The position numbers were made by a program, and so were the translations under genes. From assembly GCF_029265375.1 (NCBI RefSeq), contig NZ_JAJUJJ010000010.1:11531-75530 (forward strand): DNA of 64,000 nucleotides, in the 5' to 3' direction. Below the pieces are notes generated by a model. The model did no database searches. It was given only the letters and a program-made list of their open reading frames with translations, and was not told the origin of the DNA. This document shows positions 58,801 to 64,000 of the stretch, one piece after another; the stretch's first letter is position 1, and the number at the start of each line of letters is the position of its first letter. This DNA is from Nesterenkonia sp. (lineage in GTDB: Bacteria; Actinomycetota; Actinomycetes; Actinomycetales; Micrococcaceae).

Positions 58801-59778
58801 GCCGGAGTAGTCGGCGGGGGTGAGCTTATTGTCCCGGGCGCGCTTGACCAGATCGTCATAGGCGGCCCACCATTCGGTGAAGCTCAGGTCCTCAGCAGCC
58901 TTGACATTGGGCACAATCAGCGCCCGGGTGCCGTCGGGCCGCGGCATGTCGATGGCCAGCCCGAAGTTCACATGCGCAGGCTGGACCGCGGTGGGCTTGC
59001 CGTCGATGACGTCGTAGGTGACGTTCATCGAGGGATGCTCGTTGAGCGCCTTGAGCATCGCGTAGCCGATCAGGTGCGTGAAGGACACCTTCCCGCCGCG
59101 GGTGCGCTTGAGGTGATTGTTGATCACCGTGCGGTTGTCGATCAGCAGCTTGGCCGGCACCGCCCGCACCGTGGTGGCCGTGGGGACCTCCAGGGAGGCG
59201 TCCATATTGGCCGCAATGGCCTTGGAGATGCCCTTCAGGACGGTGTGCTTGTCCTCCTTCTTCTTCTCCGGCCGGGATTCGGGGACCTCCGGCTTGGAGG
59301 GTTCGGAGGGGATCGGAGCAGCGGCGGTCTTGGCCTTGCGGGTCACCGGCTGGCTGGGTGCCTGCGGCTTGCCGGCCGGCTTCTCCTTGGCCGGCTTCTG
59401 GGAGGCGTCAGGTTCTGCCGGCTTAGCGGTCTCCGGGGTGGTGTCCCCGGAGGGGGCCTTCTGGTTCTGCGCCGAGGCCTGCGAGTCCACCGCAGAGCGT
59501 GAGGCCGGCGCCTGCTTCTGCTGCGACTTCTGCGCCGGTCGGCTGTCCGAGCCGGAGGAGCTCTTATCCGCAGTCCCGTCGGATTCGGAGGAGCCGGAGG
59601 AGGAGCGTTCGGCGGGCGCCCCGTTGGAGGTTGACTCAGACTCTAGACGCCGGAAGATATCGGCCCACTTGCGGTCGACGGAATCAGGGTTCTGCCTGTA
59701 TTTGTCGTATATGTCGGCGACCAGCCATTCATTGCCGGGAAATTCCTCCGCGAGACGGCTGGACGTTAGCTCTGGCAC
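55864..59778 (-). CDS. kgd: Fused E2-E1 2-oxoglutarate dehydrogenase/decarboxylase (Kgd/OdhA)
   Basis: EFPGNEWLV N-terminus, YDHRVIQGA acyltransferase, GQKRFSLEG, GMAHRGRLN, HGDAAFAGQG, RRRGHNEGD; GTG 59778 with GGAAGAGG RBS. Confidence 0.97.
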   Translation of the reverse strand: MPELTSSRLAEEFPGNEWLVADIYDKYRQNPDSVDRKWADIFRRLESESTSNGAPAERSSSGSSESDGTADKSSSGSDSRPAQKSQQKQAPASRSAVDSQASAQNQKAPSGDTTPETAKPAEPDASQKPAKEKPAGKPQAPSQPVTRKAKTAAAPIPSEPSKPEVPESRPEKKKEDKHTVLKGISKAIAANMDASLEVPTATTVRAVPAKLLIDNRTVINNHLKRTRGGKVSFTHLIGYAMLKALNEHPSMNVTYDVIDGKPTAVQPAHVNFGLAIDMPRPDGTRALIVPNVKAAEDLSFTEWWAAYDDLVKRARDNKLTPADYSGTTVSLTNPGGIGTVHSVPRLSKGQAVIVGVGALEYPAEFQGASEKTLNNLAVSKIITLTSTYDHRVIQGAGSGEFLKTIHELLLGKDGFYEEIFEALRIPYEPIHWSADIQVNPEEQINKVARIQQLIHSYRVRGHLMASVDPLEYKMRFHPDLDIENHGLTLWDLDREWPTGGFGGKQSLPLRSILGVLRDTYCRSTGIEYMHIQSPEERKWFQNEIEHPYEKPTRDEQFRILGRLNAAEAFETFLQTKFVGQKRFSLEGAESLIPLLDTVLSEAADEGLDEVAIGMAHRGRLNVLTNIAGKTYAQVFREFEGREAGTGSGDVKYHLGTRGSFTSDKGNTTRVYLAANPSHLEAVNPVLEGVVRAMQDRLDQGADNVNSFSVMPLLIHGDAAFAGQGVVAETLNMSQLRGYRTGGTVHVVVNNQVGFTTPPSSARSMTYSTDMAKAIQAPVFHVNADDPESVARVAQLAFRYRQRFNKDVVIDLVCYRRRGHNEGDDPSMTQPKMYNLVEAKRTTRRLYTEALVGRGDITQEEADQALQDYRQRLERVFTETHAAQTQPVSTVQDGGGASSSDVAPTASEAEDETPERSPQDTAISEETLAHIGEVHTNIPEGFTPHPKLKSLLEKRAKMAREGGIDWGFAEIAAFGSLLMEGTEVRLAGQDSRRGTFVQRHAVFHDRINGDEWYPLKNLTEDQARFFIYDSLLSEYAALGFEYGYSVENPNSLVLWEAQFGDFVNGAQIIIDEFIATAEQKWGQRSSLVMLLPHGYEGQGPDHSSGRPERFLQLCAEDNMTVVMPSSGANYFHLLRRQAVTRPRRPLIVFSPKQLLRLKAAANQVQDFTTGSFQEVIGDDGVDPAKVKRVLVVSGRLYYDLLATRSKHDDDTTAIVRLEQLYPMPVEQLQAELDRYPEDAQFVYAQDEPENQGPWPFFGMNFAPQLKQDITLVARPESAATSVGQAKRHAQELENLISEAFPHLDL

Positions 59779-59804
59779 TGTGGATACGCCTCTTCCATAT
59801 GTGA

Positions 59805-61370
<1,566 letters not shown>

Positions 61371-61394
61371 GTCTCCGGTAGAATCCGAAGCCTT

Positions 61395-61466
61395 ATGGAG
61401 TATCGACAACCCGGCTGCAGCCGGATGACGTCCCCCTTGCCGTGCAGCCGGGGGTGGAGCCGCTAA
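61395..61466 (+). CDS. Possible 23-aa leader ORF (MEYRQPGCSRMTSPLPCSRGWSR)
   Basis: ATG 10 nt after TAGAAT; TAA directly abuts the GTG of the next gene. Confidence 0.3.
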   Translation: MEYRQPGCSRMTSPLPCSRGWSR

Positions 61467-62876
61467 GTGGATTGGCTCCTCCTCGCCGTCGGATTTCTTC
61501 TCATCCTGGGCACAGGCTTCTTCGTCGCCGTCGAGTTCGCACTCGTGGCCCTGGACCAACCCACCGTCCAGCACGCCATCGACCACGGGGACAAGCACGC
61601 CGTGCCGCTGATGAAGTGCTTGAAGTCGCTGTCCACCCAGCTGAGCAGCTGCCAGCTGGGCATCACGCTGACCACGCTGCTGATCGGCTACGTCACCGAA
61701 CCCCCACTGGGGCGGCTGCTGGCCGAACCCATGGCGGCGGTCGGAGTTCCGGAGGCGGCCACCCGGGGTGTGTCCCTGGTCATCGCTATGCTGCTGGCCA
61801 CTATGGCCACCATGCTGCTGGGAGAGCTGGTGCCGAAGAACCTGGCGGTGGCGGAGGCGTTCCGCGTCGGCCGTGCGCTGGCGCGCGCCCAGCTGATCTT
61901 CACCGCCGTGTTCAAGCCGCTGATCATTGTGCTCAACGGCTTCTCCAACAAAGTGCTCAACCGCTTCGGCATGGAGGTTAAGGAGGAGCTCTCCGGAGCC
62001 AGAACCCCGGAGGAGCTCTCCGCCATGGTGCGCCGCTCGGCGAGCCTGGGCACCCTGGACGCGCAGGCGGCCACCGTCCTGGACCGGACTCTGCACTTCT
62101 CCGAGCAGACGGCTGCTGATGTGATGACCCCGCGGCCCCGCATGGTCACCGTGGATGCGGAGTCTTCCCTGGAGGAGATCATCGACACCGCGCGGCGCAC
62201 CGGCTACTCGCGGTTCCCTGTGCTGGGGGAGGCCGGTGTGGACGAGGTCCGCGGCGTGGTGCATGTGAAGAAGGCGGTCGCCGTTCCGCGCAGCAAACGG
62301 GATCCGCTGGTGGCGGCCACACTGATGAGTGAGGTGACCCGCGTGCCGGAGACCATCCACCTGGATGCGCTGCTGCCGGTGCTGCGCGAGGCTCCCCTGC
62401 AGATGGCGATCGTGGAGGACGAGTACGGCGGCACCTCCGGGGCAGTGACCCTGGAGGATCTGGTCGAGGAGATCGTCGGCGAGGTCTCCGATGAGCATGA
62501 CGCGCTGACCCCCGGTGTGCTGCAGAGCGCCGGCGGCGACTGGTTCTTCCCGGGGCTGATGCGGCCTGATGAGATCAACTCCCAGATCCTGGAGCTGGAG
62601 ATCCCCGAGGACCCTGCCTATGAGACTGTGGCCGGGTTCATGCTGCTGCAGCTGGGCAGGGTGGCCGCGGTCGGTGACGAGGTGCCCATCGAGTCCGGGC
62701 GGCTGGTCGTCGTCGGCGTCGACGGCCGCCGGATCGACCGGATCCAGTTCATCCCCGACCCGGAGGCGCGCCGCGCTGCCCTGCGTGTCGCGGCGGAGCG
62801 GGCCCGGCGCTTGGCCGAGGAGCGGGCGGAGCATATGCAGGCGGCCGCGCAGCGCCAGAGAGCAGGTGACCGGTGA
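61467..62876 (+). CDS. CNNM/DUF21-CBS-CorC ('hemolysin family') membrane protein
   Basis: GFFVAVEFAL, QLGITL, GELVPKNLA, TGYSRFPV, EDEYGGTSGAVTLEDLVEEIVGE. Confidence 0.92.
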   Translation: MDWLLLAVGFLLILGTGFFVAVEFALVALDQPTVQHAIDHGDKHAVPLMKCLKSLSTQLSSCQLGITLTTLLIGYVTEPPLGRLLAEPMAAVGVPEAATRGVSLVIAMLLATMATMLLGELVPKNLAVAEAFRVGRALARAQLIFTAVFKPLIIVLNGFSNKVLNRFGMEVKEELSGARTPEELSAMVRRSASLGTLDAQAATVLDRTLHFSEQTAADVMTPRPRMVTVDAESSLEEIIDTARRTGYSRFPVLGEAGVDEVRGVVHVKKAVAVPRSKRDPLVAATLMSEVTRVPETIHLDALLPVLREAPLQMAIVEDEYGGTSGAVTLEDLVEEIVGEVSDEHDALTPGVLQSAGGDWFFPGLMRPDEINSQILELEIPEDPAYETVAGFMLLQLGRVAAVGDEVPIESGRLVVVGVDGRRIDRIQFIPDPEARRAALRVAAERARRLAEERAEHMQAAAQRQRAGDR

Positions 62877-63937
62877 CCGAGGATCTGATCGGACTCATCT
62901 GGCTCGTGGTGCTGCTGGCCGGCAATGCGTTCTTCGTCGCCGGGGAGTTCGCCGTGCTCTCGGCCCGGCGCAGCCAGATCGAACCGAAGGCGGAGACCGG
63001 CTCCACCCGGGCACGGACCGCCCTCTACGCCATGGAGCACGTCAGCCAGATGCTGGCGGTCGCCCAGCTGGGCATCACGGTCTGTTCCCTGCTGCTGCTG
63101 ATCGTAGCGGAACCGGCCGTTCACCACCTGCTGGCAGTGCCCTTCGAAGCCGCCGAGCTTCCGGCCGGGGTGACGCACGCGGTCTCGCTGCTGATCGCCC
63201 TGCTGTTCGTCAGCTTCCTGCATGTCACCTTCGGCGAGATGATCCCGAAGAACTATGCGGTCTCCATGGCGGACCGGGCGGTCCTGCTGCTGGCCCCGCC
63301 GATGGTGTCCCTCTACAAGCTGCTGATGCCGGTGATCTGGGTGCTGAACTCGGCGGCCAATGTGGTGCTGCGGCTGTTCAGGGTCACCCCGCGCGATGAA
63401 GTGATCTCCACATTCACCCTGGAGGAGATGGAGTCGATCCTCGCCGAGTCCAAGCGCGGAGGCACCGTCACCGATGAGGCCGGCATCATCGCCGGGGCGC
63501 TGGAGTTCACCGACCGCACCGCGGCCGAGGTGATGGTGCCCACCGACGAGCTGGTGACCGTGCCGCTGGACGTCACCCCCCAGCAGGTGGAGAAGGCGGT
63601 GGGCAAGACCGGGTTCTCCCGCTTCGTAGTGGCCGCGCCCGACGGCGGCTACACCGGGTACCTGCACCTGAAGGACATCATGGCCCTGCCGTCGGCAGCC
63701 GCCGAGCAGCCGGTTCCGGTCACCGCAGTGCGGTCCCTGGGGAATATGCGCCCGGCCGATGACCTGGAGACCTGCCTGGCGCGTATGCAGGCTTCGGGCT
63801 CTCATCTGGCCCGCGTCATCGACGACGACGGCGTCACCCGCGGCATCCTGTTTTTGGAGGATGTGCTGGAGGTGCTGGTGGGCGAGATCAACGACGCGAC
63901 GCAGGCGCGCGACTCGCGCCGGAAGCACCAGATCTGA
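62873..63937 (+). CDS. Second CNNM/DUF21-CBS membrane protein (no CorC tail)
   Basis: NAFFVAGEFA, QLGITVCS, GEMIPKN, GFSRF, LEDVLEVLVGE; GTGA overlap. Confidence 0.92.
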   Translation: MTEDLIGLIWLVVLLAGNAFFVAGEFAVLSARRSQIEPKAETGSTRARTALYAMEHVSQMLAVAQLGITVCSLLLLIVAEPAVHHLLAVPFEAAELPAGVTHAVSLLIALLFVSFLHVTFGEMIPKNYAVSMADRAVLLLAPPMVSLYKLLMPVIWVLNSAANVVLRLFRVTPRDEVISTFTLEEMESILAESKRGGTVTDEAGIIAGALEFTDRTAAEVMVPTDELVTVPLDVTPQQVEKAVGKTGFSRFVVAAPDGGYTGYLHLKDIMALPSAAAEQPVPVTAVRSLGNMRPADDLETCLARMQASGSHLARVIDDDGVTRGILFLEDVLEVLVGEINDATQARDSRRKHQI

Positions 63938-64000
63938 GCCGCTTGGCGCGGGTGCGCCGGCCGGCCAGCAGGCACACCACATAGATCAGGAAGCTCAGCG
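63888..64000 (-). CDS. 3' end of a membrane protein entering from the right edge (possibly a metal ABC permease)
   Basis: LSFLIYVVCLLAGRRTRAKR...stop at 63888; TM helix followed by a basic tail. Confidence 0.45.
   Translation of the reverse strand, partial: LSFLIYVVCLLAGRRTRAKRLRSGASGASRAPASRR

Noticed and set aside
55840-59502. Very long alternative-frame ORFs (also 6200..7942, 32852..34858, 40426..41997, 61095..62834 and many more)
   Set aside because: They are shadow ORFs of high-GC codon bias overlapping well-supported genes, with no recognisable motifs.
59779-59790. DnaA-box-like GTATCCACA before kgd
   Set aside because: A single one-mismatch 9-mer between RBS and start; expected by chance.

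Overview
High-GC actinobacterial chromosome segment. The tmRNA tag AESKRTDFALAA and the gene order point to Micrococcaceae; a Nesterenkonia-like organism is an inference. It is mostly conserved core genes: dapB/dapA/rnj, ftsK-pgsA-cinA-clgR, recA-recX-miaB-miaA-dapF, hflX-dinG-like, lexA with a divergent LysM gene, hisC-B-H-priA, a Tad/Flp pilus operon divergent from an FHA-FtsK (EssC-like) ATPase, prfB-ftsEX-smpB-ssrA, a crcB pair, an Mn ABC transporter with MntR, hisN-rsgA-aroA, sigH-rsrA, bL37, kgd, guaB1 and two CNNM/CBS genes. I saw no phage, IS, integrase or CRISPR. The most notable observations are: (i) a leaderless 15-aa uORF with an R-P-R motif upstream of hflX, driven by a palindromic bidirectional -10 element; (ii) a low-GC orphan membrane gene bracketed by two copies of a ~120-bp palindromic element between rnj and ftsK; (iii) a second dispersed twin-hairpin repeat at 242 and 44425; (iv) a divergent FolC-like ligase translationally coupled to a methyltransferase; (v) FtsE with a ~350-aa disordered tail; (vi) a frameshifted PepSY lipoprotein signal peptide; (vii) regulatory signals readable by eye: LexA and PafBC promoters at recA, a two-isoform sigH promoter layout, a DtxR-family operator, and DnaA-box-like sites in the tad promoter region. 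All family assignments come from motif recognition by eye; no database searches were run.
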